A stretch of 64,000 bases of DNA, taken from contig JBGLNR010000001.1 in NCBI GenBank assembly GCA_041320515.1, forward strand, positions 742,201 through 806,200, written 5' to 3'. A model generated the notes under the pieces. The model saw nothing but the letters and a program-made list of their open reading frames with translations. It searched no databases and was not told where the DNA came from. Numbering within the stretch: position 1 is the first letter of the stretch; each line of letters begins with the position of its first letter. Source of the stretch: Planctomycetota bacterium (lineage in GTDB: Bacteria; Planctomycetota; PUPC01; DSUN01). Shown in pieces: positions 45,381 through 53,801 of this stretch. A program made the position numbers and the translations under genes.

Positions 45381-45620
45381 CTACTCCTTCTTTCCCTTGG
45401 GCCGCCGCACCGCCTCGATACCGAGATAGGCGGCCAGACGGTCGGCCATGTCCAGGCGAAGTCGAAGCCTGCCGTGCAGGAACCGGAACAACGATGGGTG
45501 GGCAACGCCGCTCGCCCGCGACACCGGACGAAGGCCGTGCTTCTCGATGGCCTCCCGTAGGGCCTCTCGCAGCACGTCGCTCAGTGGTGTCGGCTTGTCG
45601 TCACTCGTCGGCATCGCCAA
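45381..45620 (-). CDS. small HTH DNA-binding protein upstream of the integrase (excisionase/regulator-like)
   Basis: 79 aa. RPVSRASGVAHPSLFRFLHGRLRLRLDMADRLAAYLGIE resembles an XRE-type HTH. Its stop lies 2 nt upstream of the integrase GTG start (45376). Confidence 0.65.
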   Translation of the reverse strand: MAMPTSDDKPTPLSDVLREALREAIEKHGLRPVSRASGVAHPSLFRFLHGRLRLRLDMADRLAAYLGIEAVRRPKGKKE

Positions 45621-46109
45621 CCCTCAGCCCCGTCCCCGGATAGACTTATACCACACCTTGCACGGCTTGTCAAGCCCCGTCCTCAGATTTCGCTTCCCAC
45701 TCGCCGCAGCCATCCTCGTCGGGCACCATCTGCGGCCACGTGGTTTCCCCCACATCCTGCCCGCTGAGCAGAACGCCGGGGGCATGGCGTTGGCACACCT
45801 CCCAGTCGTTCCAACCGTCACCCGCTCGACCGTTTGGACTCCACAGGATCAGGTGTCGGCACGTTCTGCAATGCTGTTTCTTCCGTGGTTTCGTCGTCAC
45901 GTAAAGGCAGGACTCCGAACCAGGAGAGCGACCCGTTTGGAGTCCTGCCTTCAGGCAGTCCTCGCCCCAATGGGCCGAATGGCTGGAAGCCATTCAGGAT
46001 ATGGCGTCCCGACGCGGAGCATCGGGACGATGGGCCAGCCGTGGCACCCCGTTAGCCTCCCGAAGGCATTGGAACCTTCGGGAGGGGAGGCGCGCTGTTC
46101 GGGTCGGGG

Positions 46110-46550
46110 TCAACTCGGGGGCAGGAGCTTGCGGGTCGCCTTGTCCCACCGGACCTGTCGTTTTTCGAGGCGGTGGGTGTCGTGGCAGTCGGTGCAGACT
46201 TTCTTGGCCTTCGGCGTGGCGACGAGGTTGAGGGTGTGCATGTCCTGGGCGGCGAGGGTCTTGGGCTCGTGGCACTTGAGGCAGGCGGGGGCGATCCTGT
46301 CGCGCGGGTAGATGAGGTCGGGGGCGAGTTCGTGGGATTCGCTGCCGCAGTGGTCGTCGGAGGGGCCGTGGCATTTTTCGCAGCCGACGCCGTGGCGGGC
46401 GTGGTGGACGGCGAATTTCTCCTCGGCGTAGTTGATGTGGCAGACGTGGCAGCGGTCGTTGTTGGCAGGCGCGACTCTGGGGCCGAGGAGGGTGCAGGCG
46501 CCGGCGGCAACAAGAAGCAACGCTATCGCTGTCTGGGCTATGCGCCTCAC
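46110..46550 (-). CDS. tetraheme c-type cytochrome (secreted/lipoprotein-like)
   Basis: Leader MRRIAQTAIALLLVAAGAC. Four CxxCH motifs: CHVCH, CEKCH, CLKCH, CTDCH. Confidence 0.85.
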   Translation of the reverse strand: MRRIAQTAIALLLVAAGACTLLGPRVAPANNDRCHVCHINYAEEKFAVHHARHGVGCEKCHGPSDDHCGSESHELAPDLIYPRDRIAPACLKCHEPKTLAAQDMHTLNLVATPKAKKVCTDCHDTHRLEKRQVRWDKATRKLLPPS

Positions 46551-46568
46551 CTGGCTCGCCCTCTCTCC

Positions 46569-46668
46569 GATCGTCCTCGTCCTCGTCCGTCGTCCTCATT
46601 CTCGATTCGGATCGATGGAATCGAATGAATCGAGGGGATCGAGGACGAGGACGAGGGACGAGGACGAG
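46569..46668. repeat. long imperfect palindrome of CGTCCTCG / CGAGGACG tandem motifs with a nested central palindrome
   Basis: GATCGTCCTCGTCCTCGTCCGTCGTCCTC ... ATTCGATTCGGATCGATGGAATCGAATGAAT ... GAGGACGAGGACGAGGGACGAGGACGAG. Lies between the AKR stop and the cytochrome start. Confidence 0.9.
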
Positions 46669-46676
46669 TCAAGGGG

Positions 46677-47792
46677 TCACACGTATTCCCATTCCCTCAG
46701 CCACTCGTAGCCTGGGGGCAGGTTGGCCCAGGCGTCTTGCATGGCGTCGTGAAGGAGCCTGCGTTCGGCCTGGGTGAGGGCCTTGCCCTCCTTGCGTTCC
46801 TTGACGGCGAGGGCCACGTTGTCCACCTGGTGGGTGGTGATGAGGCCGGGGATGGGGGCGGTGAGGGCGGTGTTCTCGAGGAGCTTGCGAATGGCGAGGC
46901 GGCCGATCTTGTCGTCTTCCTCGGCGTCGGGGCCGTTGGGCACGCCACGGCCCTTGAACAGGGAGCCGCTGGCGTAGGGCTTGATGCCGAAGTAGCCGAC
47001 CTGGCATTCCCTCAGGGTGTCGAAGAGGCTGTCGGTCGGGGCCTTCTTGGTCTCGGGCGTGCAGGGGGTGACCACGATGTCCACGATCTGGGGATAGGCC
47101 TTGATCAGCTTCTGGATGTGCGTGCGGTCGTGGGAGGAGAAGCCTGTGAAGCGGGCCTTGCCCTGCTTCTTGGCGGTTTCGAGGGCCTTCATCATCTGCT
47201 CGACCTCGCCGTCGGTGTGCTGGCTCGAGCGCTCGTGCATGGTGATGCGCCAAAGCTCCACGTGGTCGAGGCCGCAGTCCTTCATCCCCTTGTCGAGGGT
47301 CTCCATGAGCTTGTCGCAGGTGCGGAAGCCGCCGTTGCGCAGCTCGTGCTCGTACCAGGACCAGGCGAGGTACATCTTGTCGCGTCGGCCCTTGAGGGCC
47401 TGGCTGTAGGCGAGCACCTCCTCGACGGTGCAGGCGTCGATCCAGTTCATGCCGACTTCGATCATGCGGCTGACCACGTCGTGGCGGTTCTTCTGGAAGC
47501 TGGGCTCCTTGATGTCCACGCCCCAGATGCCCTTGGTGCTGATGCCTGCGGGGAGGACCTTGGCGATCTGCTTGCAGTGGCCACCAAGGGCGACGGCGGA
47601 GACCAGGAGGCCGGTCTTGCCGCAGGCGCGGTACTCCATGTTCTCGTTGTAGTTGACGATCTTCGACTTGTCCACCTCCGGCGGCTTGGCGTCGGCAGCC
47701 GCGGCCACGGCGGGCACTGCGGCGGCGACGGCGGCGGTGGCGACCGCGGTGTCGCGCACGAACTCCCGGCGGGTCAGCTTGCTCCTCGGCAT
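46677..47792 (-). CDS. aldo/keto reductase with twin-arginine (Tat) signal
   Basis: SKLTRREFVRDTAVATAAVAAA Tat-like leader, followed by an AKR-like TIM-barrel sequence. Confidence 0.8.
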   Translation of the reverse strand: MPRSKLTRREFVRDTAVATAAVAAAVPAVAAAADAKPPEVDKSKIVNYNENMEYRACGKTGLLVSAVALGGHCKQIAKVLPAGISTKGIWGVDIKEPSFQKNRHDVVSRMIEVGMNWIDACTVEEVLAYSQALKGRRDKMYLAWSWYEHELRNGGFRTCDKLMETLDKGMKDCGLDHVELWRITMHERSSQHTDGEVEQMMKALETAKKQGKARFTGFSSHDRTHIQKLIKAYPQIVDIVVTPCTPETKKAPTDSLFDTLRECQVGYFGIKPYASGSLFKGRGVPNGPDAEEDDKIGRLAIRKLLENTALTAPIPGLITTHQVDNVALAVKERKEGKALTQAERRLLHDAMQDAWANLPPGYEWLREWEYV

Positions 47793-47935
47793 CGCGACCT
47801 CCTTCTTCCCCTCAAAGGGCGACCGACTCCCCCTTACGCGAAGCCATTGTAGGCCGGGGGCACTGCCGCGTCAAGGGGTTTCGGGCAAATAGGCATTGAA
47901 CCGGTCGTGGTGGGGCTATATACTCATGGCTCCCG

Positions 47936-49159
47936 TTGTCCCCTCAGGAGCGCGCCGCGGTGTGGATTCTGATTTTGCTGTTCGGGCTGAGCTGTGCGGT
48001 GATCGGCTGGACGTGCTTCGGGTACTACATCTACCTGCGGTGCCAGTCGCTCCTGCGGCCGCGGCCAGTCGGGCCGGTGGACTGCGCGGACCTGCCGCTC
48101 GTGTCGGTGGTCGTGCCCTGCTACAACGAGAAGGCCGAGATCGTCGCGAAGTACATCAACCTTCGGGAGCAGGACTATCCGAAGGAGCGGCTGGAGATCG
48201 TGTTCGCCGACGGCGGCTCGACAGATGGGACGCCCGAGCTGATCGCCGCGCAGGCCAAGGATGACCCGACGGTCCGGGTGGTCGCGTGCCCGGAGAAGGG
48301 GAAGATCAGCCAGCTCAACCACGTGCTGCCCCAGCTTCGCGGGAGCATCGTGGTGAACACTGACGTTGACGGGCAGATGGAGAGGGACACGATTTCGGCC
48401 CTGGTGCGGGAGTTCTATCGGGACGAGAGCGTGGGGGTGGTGGGGGCCTACACGTATCCCGCGAAGCCGCTGGAGGTGGACCGCTGCTACTGGGCGGGGC
48501 AGAACCGCGGGCGGCTGCTGGAGAGCGACGTGCATGCGTCCAGCATCGTCATCGCCGTGTGCTATGCCTTCCGCCGCGAGCTGATCCCTGCGTTCCCGCC
48601 CGACGTGGTGGCGGACGACATCTACGTGGCGTTCGAGGCGAACACGCGGGGCCTCCGCACGGTGTACTCGCGCGACGCGGTGGTGGCCGAGGTGCGCGGG
48701 CCGGCCACGACCGAGCAGTTCTTCGCGCACAAGTTCCGCAAGTCGAATGCCTTCCTGCGCGAGGCCCTTCGCTTCCTCTACCGCGTGCCCGAGATGCCGA
48801 AGGGCTGGAAGATGATCTACAGCACGAAGGTGGCCCAGCTCCTGCTCCTGCCCTGGGCAGGCGTGTGGGCGCTCCTGCTCGGGGCGTCGCTCCTCACGCT
48901 GGGGCGCTACGACGTGGTGCTCGTGGGCGTGGCGTTCCTCCTCCTGCTCCTCATCCTCACGAGCGCCACGTTCCGCCGCATCCCGCTGCCGGAGGGGGGC
49001 GGGGACTCCGATTTCCTGACGATGCTCGTCACGTACGTGTACAGCAACGTCCTGCTCCTGGTCACGGGGCTGTCGTATCCCTTCTATCGGCAGACGAGCA
49101 GCTACGCCAAGGTGGGGCGCCAAGCGAGTGACAAGGGACAAGTGGCAAGTGACAAGTGA
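47936..49159 (+). CDS. family 2 glycosyltransferase with N- and C-terminal TM segments
   Basis: VSVVVPCYNEK, ADGGSTDGT and a D.D region. Start uncertain (TTG at 47936 per the ORF track). The last codons (DKGQVASDK) are formed by the GTGACAAGTG repeat. Confidence 0.85.
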   Translation: MSPQERAAVWILILLFGLSCAVIGWTCFGYYIYLRCQSLLRPRPVGPVDCADLPLVSVVVPCYNEKAEIVAKYINLREQDYPKERLEIVFADGGSTDGTPELIAAQAKDDPTVRVVACPEKGKISQLNHVLPQLRGSIVVNTDVDGQMERDTISALVREFYRDESVGVVGAYTYPAKPLEVDRCYWAGQNRGRLLESDVHASSIVIAVCYAFRRELIPAFPPDVVADDIYVAFEANTRGLRTVYSRDAVVAEVRGPATTEQFFAHKFRKSNAFLREALRFLYRVPEMPKGWKMIYSTKVAQLLLLPWAGVWALLLGASLLTLGRYDVVLVGVAFLLLLLILTSATFRRIPLPEGGGDSDFLTMLVTYVYSNVLLLVTGLSYPFYRQTSSYAKVGRQASDKGQVASDK

Positions 49160-49208
49160 CAAGTGGGTATGCCCCCATTCATGGGGCATCTCGCCGGGCA
49201 CAGGGTCC

Positions 49209-49295
49209 GACCCTCCCCCTACCCCCTCCCTGAGAGGGAGGGGGGTGCCTTGACCCCTCTCCCTTCCAGGGAGAGGGTAGGGAGAGGGTTGGGCC
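49209..49295. repeat. type A double-hairpin REP-like element
   Basis: Near-identical to 24731..24828. Confidence 0.9.
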
Positions 49296-49391
49296 CGGGA
49301 ACTGCCGGCAAGCTCACCCGAATTGGGGGCCAGGCTCGAGAGACAAGTGGCGAGGGGCGATGGGAGGCAGGCGGGGCTGGGGGGCGTGACG

Positions 49392-50426
49392 ATGGCGACT
49401 CCGCGAGCGGCCCCCGAGCAGGCGGCGCCCGGGTGGCACGACCTGTCGGGTCTGCTGCGCTGCTCCCGATGCCTGTCCGGCCCTCTCGACGCCGCGCCCG
49501 AGGGCCTGCGCTGCCGCTCGTGCGGCGCCGAACACCGCGTGGCCGACGGCGTACTCGTCATGGCGTCCCCGGCTGCGCCCCTGCACGACACTGGGGGTGG
49601 CACACACAGGCGGGACGCCTGTGCCACTGCGCCGCGCGAGGGCGTGGTGGAGCGGGAACGCGAGGATTGGGAGCGGAACGCCGAGTTCTACCTTCGCGAG
49701 CCGCGTTCGCCGCTGTTCAGCCTGCTGCACGCGGCGAAGCGGCGCACCTACGCGCTACATCGGGAGCGCCGTCTTGTCGTGCTCGACCTGGGCGGCGGCA
49801 CGGGCTACTTCTCGCGCGAGCTGGCGGCCCAGGGCCACGTGGCGGTGACGCTGGACTTCTCGGCCCGCATGCTGCGCCTGGGGCGCGAGGCATACGGGTT
49901 GCCTCTGGCGATGCAATGCGCCGTGCCGCCCCTGCCGTTCGCCGACGCGAGCCTGGACGCGGTGGTGGTCAACGGCGTGCTGCACCACTGCAAGGCGCAG
50001 GACGCTTTGGCGGCCACGGTGGGCGAGATTCATCGGGCGCTCAAGCCCGGCGGCCTGCTGCTGGCCTACGACCGCAACGGGGCGTTCCTCGGGCGGCACC
50101 TGCACCACTTCGTGCTGCGGGTGAAGCGGGCGCTGGAGCGGCGCCGGCGCTTCGGCGCCTCGTCGTCGGGCGCCGAACCCGATTTCAACGACGCCGACCT
50201 GCGGACGCTCACCGACGCCGGCTTCGCCATCGAGCGGCGGCGCTACGTCTCCACGCTCTGGACCTTCAGCGCCATCGTGGCGACGAACTGCGTGGAGTAT
50301 GCCGGCCTGCCCCGCCTTGCCCAGGCGTTGCGCTACCTCGCCTGGCCGCTGGCCCTGGCGAGCGAATGGTCGGCGCCGTTCAAAGCCGTCACCGTCGAGC
50401 AGTGCCTGCGGCTGCGCAAGACGTAG
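49392..50426 (+). CDS. class I SAM-dependent methyltransferase with N-terminal Trm112-like zinc ribbon
   Basis: CSRC...CRSCG ribbon and motif I VLDLGGGTGYF. Probable ATG at 49392. An in-frame type B hairpin lies at 49597..49627. Confidence 0.8.
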   Translation: MATPRAAPEQAAPGWHDLSGLLRCSRCLSGPLDAAPEGLRCRSCGAEHRVADGVLVMASPAAPLHDTGGGTHRRDACATAPREGVVEREREDWERNAEFYLREPRSPLFSLLHAAKRRTYALHRERRLVVLDLGGGTGYFSRELAAQGHVAVTLDFSARMLRLGREAYGLPLAMQCAVPPLPFADASLDAVVVNGVLHHCKAQDALAATVGEIHRALKPGGLLLAYDRNGAFLGRHLHHFVLRVKRALERRRRFGASSSGAEPDFNDADLRTLTDAGFAIERRRYVSTLWTFSAIVATNCVEYAGLPRLAQALRYLAWPLALASEWSAPFKAVTVEQCLRLRKT

Positions 50427-50435
50427 GGAGAGCCG

Positions 50436-51839
50436 ATGGCCCCGGCCGAAGACAAGACACGCCTCCTCCTCGTGTGGCCCGCGGTGGCTGGGGCGCAGTT
50501 GCACGGCTTCCTGCCCCTGGGCCTCGGCTACCTGGCGGCGAACCTGCCCGCCGAGTGCGAGGCGCGGTTGTGGGACGGCGTGCTGAGCCGCCGCCCCAAC
50601 ACCGAGGTGGCGGCCGAGGCCGAGCGGTTCCAGCCCCACGCGGTTGGCCTTTCGGTGTGGCACTACAACCTGCCCGGCGCGCGCGAGGCGGTCGCGGCGG
50701 TCCGGCGGCGCTTCCCCTCGCTCCCCCTCATCGCGGGCGGGCCGACCGTGTCGGGCCTGGGCGCACGGCTGTTCGAGACGCTCGACGTGGACTACGGCTC
50801 CGTGGGGGAGGGGGAGTGGTCGCTGCCGCAGTTCCTGACCCTTCTGCGGCGCGGCGGGCTCACCGAGGCGGCGAAGCGCGAGGTGCCGGGCCTCGTCTGG
50901 CGCGACGCCGCGGGCGCCCCCGTGGCGAACCCGCCGCGCTGGGAGGCGCTCGACGGTCTGAAGCCGTGCGACTACGCGTTCATCCGCCTGGACGCCTACC
51001 TGGCCGCCGGCTACCGCTACGGCCTGCACCGCAAGGCCCGCCGCACCGCCCCCATTCACACCACGCGCGGCTGCCCGTTCCCCTGCGAATACTGCTCGGC
51101 CCGGCTCATCAGCGGCACCCGCGTCCGCACGCGGCCCATCGAGTCGGTCGCCGCCGAAATCCGCCAACTTCACGAGCGGTTCGGCATTGACGGCTTCAAC
51201 CTGATTGACGACAACTTCACGTTCCACCAGGACTACGCGAAGGGCCTCTGCCGCGCCATCATTGGCCTGGGCCTGAAGGGCGTGTCGTTTTGCGCGCCCA
51301 ACGGCATCAAGGTCGAGTGCCTGGACGGCGAATTGCTCGGCCTGATGAAGGAGGCGGGCTGGCAGGCCCTGTTCATCGCGCCCGAGAGCGGCAGCGAGCG
51401 CACCCTCGAGCGGATGCGCAAGAAGGTGCACCTGCCCACGGTGCGCCAGAAGCTGGGCCTCATCCGCGAGGCCGGCCTCAAGGTCTTCGGCTTCTTCATC
51501 CTCGGCTATCCGGGCGAGACGGCCGACGATTTCCGGCAGACCATCGCCTTCGCGTGCCGCAACGCCTTCGACTGGGCGACGTTCACCTGCTTCCAGCCCC
51601 TGCCCGGCACGCCCGTGTGCGAGCGGCTGGTGGCGGAGGGCGAGATCGCCGCGGCGCCCGAGGGCGTGGACTACTACCAAGTGACATACGCGCCGCGGGG
51701 CTTCACCGTGCGCCAGATGCGGCGGTGGCGGCTCCGGGCGCTCCTGCGGTTCTACACCAGTTCGCCGGCGCGGCTCGCCCGCGCGCTGGCGAGCTATTCC
51801 CCGTGGCGTGTGCTGCGGTTCCTCCTGAAGCTGCGGTGA
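50436..51839 (+). CDS. B12-binding-domain radical SAM enzyme
   Basis: N-terminal Rossmann-like B12 domain and the cluster motif RGCPFPCEYCS. Confidence 0.9.
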   Translation: MAPAEDKTRLLLVWPAVAGAQLHGFLPLGLGYLAANLPAECEARLWDGVLSRRPNTEVAAEAERFQPHAVGLSVWHYNLPGAREAVAAVRRRFPSLPLIAGGPTVSGLGARLFETLDVDYGSVGEGEWSLPQFLTLLRRGGLTEAAKREVPGLVWRDAAGAPVANPPRWEALDGLKPCDYAFIRLDAYLAAGYRYGLHRKARRTAPIHTTRGCPFPCEYCSARLISGTRVRTRPIESVAAEIRQLHERFGIDGFNLIDDNFTFHQDYAKGLCRAIIGLGLKGVSFCAPNGIKVECLDGELLGLMKEAGWQALFIAPESGSERTLERMRKKVHLPTVRQKLGLIREAGLKVFGFFILGYPGETADDFRQTIAFACRNAFDWATFTCFQPLPGTPVCERLVAEGEIAAAPEGVDYYQVTYAPRGFTVRQMRRWRLRALLRFYTSSPARLARALASYSPWRVLRFLLKLR

Positions 51840-51845
51840 GTCCCG

Positions 51846-53786
51846 ATGGAGCATGTCGCTGCAATCGGCCAGGGCGTCCTCGGGCTTCTGGTTCTCACGG
51901 TCCCGGGCATGATCCTTCTCCTGGGCCTCTCGCGGCGGCGGCTGCCCGAGTGGCCGTTCGCGCTCGTGCTGGCCGCGTCGTTCGTGCTTTCGTGTCTCGT
52001 GGTCGCCGCGTGGCAGGCGGCGTCGTTGGCGGTTCTCGGCCCGGCCGCGTCGCGGTTCGCGGCTTGGGCCTTCGCCGCCGTGCTGTGCCTGTGGCTGGCG
52101 CGAACCGGGGGACGGGCCGTCGCTGCCGCGGTTCGCCAGTTGGGCGCGTGGGAGAGGCGCTCGCTGGCGGCTCTCGGGGCCATCCTGGCGTTCTGGCTGC
52201 TGGCCATGCCGCTGTCTCCGTACCCGGGCCAGATCACGATGGAGCTTGGCGATCCGCCCATCTACTATCGCGCGGCAAGCTCGCTGGCGGCTGGGAGGGG
52301 CTGGGAGGCGGGCTACTTCGAGGCGAGTTGGCCCGGCGGCCGCGTCTCGTACGTGGCGAGCCACCCGGCTCCTGCGCTCCTCGCCACCCACTTCCTGCAA
52401 CTGTTCGGGACCAATTGGCGCTCGCTCGAGGTGTGCAGCGCGATCGCCGGCGTCGTGCTCATCTACCTGGCCGCATCGCTCATCTGGACGGCTCGCCCAT
52501 CGGTGCCGGACGGGGCTCACGTGCTGGCCTCCGTGCTGGCCGTCGGCGTCATCCCCGCCCACTTTGTGCTGTTCGGCCTCGGGGTCGTGACCGCTCCCAG
52601 CGCCCTGGCGTTCCTGTGCTGCGTGGCCTGCGGAACTGTGGTCGGAGTCGCGAGGTCCGAAAGGCGGCTCCTTGCCGGCGCGGCGCTCGTTCTGATGCTC
52701 GTGTGGCGGCCGGAGTCGAGCGTGCTTGCGGCGTTGCTCCTGGCCGTCTGGGCCATTCGCGGTCTCTGGGAGAGGAGCGGTTCTCGTCGAGCGGTTCGCG
52801 CCGCCGCGCTGGCGGTGGCGGCGGGGGGACTGGCTCTGCTCTGGTGGCAGCTCCCCCCGGTGATGGACCGCGTGACGTCGAAGTGGCAGACCCTGTGGGT
52901 CTGTCACCTGAGATTCGACGGCGCCAGCCGACGCTTCGTGCCCATGTACGAGCCGTGGGAGGAGGTGTCCCGGGCCACCGGCCGTGCGAATTTCCTGGGA
53001 GAGGGCGCGCTCGATGCGGTGCGGAACCGGGAGATCGGCCGCGAGGTGCAGGCCCACCCCCTGGCGTTTGCGCGGTACCTGCTCGGGGAACTGCCGTCGC
53101 TCGCGCACGTCTTCGTGCGGGCGATCACTGTCCCTCAGTATGGCTGGGCGTGGCTCCGTGGGTGGCCTGCGACAGTGGTGGCCGGGGCACTGCTCGCGCT
53201 GGTGTGGCTGAGCCCGGGGGGCCGGTGTATCGCGGCGGCGATTGTGGCGTACTTCCTGGCGATGGCGGCGATCCGCCACGGCGCGGACGTGAGGCACATG
53301 CTCACGGTGTCCCCGGCGGTCGTGGCCCTCGCCGCGCGCTTCGCATGGGTGAGGTGGGGCGGCGCGCTCGAGCGGCTCGGGTCGAGGCGAGGGTTCGTGG
53401 CCGCCGGCGCCGGCGCGATGCTGGTCCTGGCCGTCTTGGGGGGCAGGAGCATCGTGAGGCTCCGCACCTACTGGCCCAACCGCAGCTACCAGGGGATTCT
53501 CCGCGACATCGAGAGGCTCACCTCGCCCCAGGACCTCGTCGCGACGACTTACCCTTTCCTCGTGACGTGCATGACGGGCCGCCGGAGCGTGGGCGGCGCC
53601 TGGCTGACGGAGTGCCTGGACCTGATTATCGAGACACGCTCGCCCGACCTCATTGCGGTTGACGACAACGTGCTGCCGAACTACGGCCCGCTTCTGGCCA
53701 AGGGCGGCCATGTCCCCGGCTATGAGCCGATTGTGCATAACCGAGCGGAGCGGTATATTCTATACCGGCGCGTCGCGCGCGAGTGA
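51846..53786 (+). CDS. polytopic membrane protein, GT-C/ArnT-like (putative glycosyltransferase)
   Basis: 646 aa with more than 10 hydrophobic segments and a soluble C-terminal domain. The family call is tentative. Confidence 0.55.
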   Translation: MEHVAAIGQGVLGLLVLTVPGMILLLGLSRRRLPEWPFALVLAASFVLSCLVVAAWQAASLAVLGPAASRFAAWAFAAVLCLWLARTGGRAVAAAVRQLGAWERRSLAALGAILAFWLLAMPLSPYPGQITMELGDPPIYYRAASSLAAGRGWEAGYFEASWPGGRVSYVASHPAPALLATHFLQLFGTNWRSLEVCSAIAGVVLIYLAASLIWTARPSVPDGAHVLASVLAVGVIPAHFVLFGLGVVTAPSALAFLCCVACGTVVGVARSERRLLAGAALVLMLVWRPESSVLAALLLAVWAIRGLWERSGSRRAVRAAALAVAAGGLALLWWQLPPVMDRVTSKWQTLWVCHLRFDGASRRFVPMYEPWEEVSRATGRANFLGEGALDAVRNREIGREVQAHPLAFARYLLGELPSLAHVFVRAITVPQYGWAWLRGWPATVVAGALLALVWLSPGGRCIAAAIVAYFLAMAAIRHGADVRHMLTVSPAVVALAARFAWVRWGGALERLGSRRGFVAAGAGAMLVLAVLGGRSIVRLRTYWPNRSYQGILRDIERLTSPQDLVATTYPFLVTCMTGRRSVGGAWLTECLDLIIETRSPDLIAVDDNVLPNYGPLLAKGGHVPGYEPIVHNRAERYILYRRVARE

Positions 53787-53801
53787 CGGGCGCCGCGCCA
53801 C

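Noticed and set aside
45670-45993. 107-aa minus-strand ORF beyond the integrase/HTH pair; possible small zinc-finger protein of the element.
   Set aside because: It has no convincing motif, weak codon bias and overlaps hairpin-rich sequence. There is not enough support to call a gene.
49755-53738. 1327-aa minus-strand ORF, together with other very long Arg/Pro/Gly-rich ORFs: 49163..51190 +, 51290..53662 +, 29998..33468 +, 3599..5287 +, 866..2086 -, 19443..21344 +, 24926..26785 -.
   Set aside because: Each overlaps a motif-supported gene in another frame or strand, and all have the compositional look of out-of-frame or antisense GC-rich sequence with no recognisable motifs.
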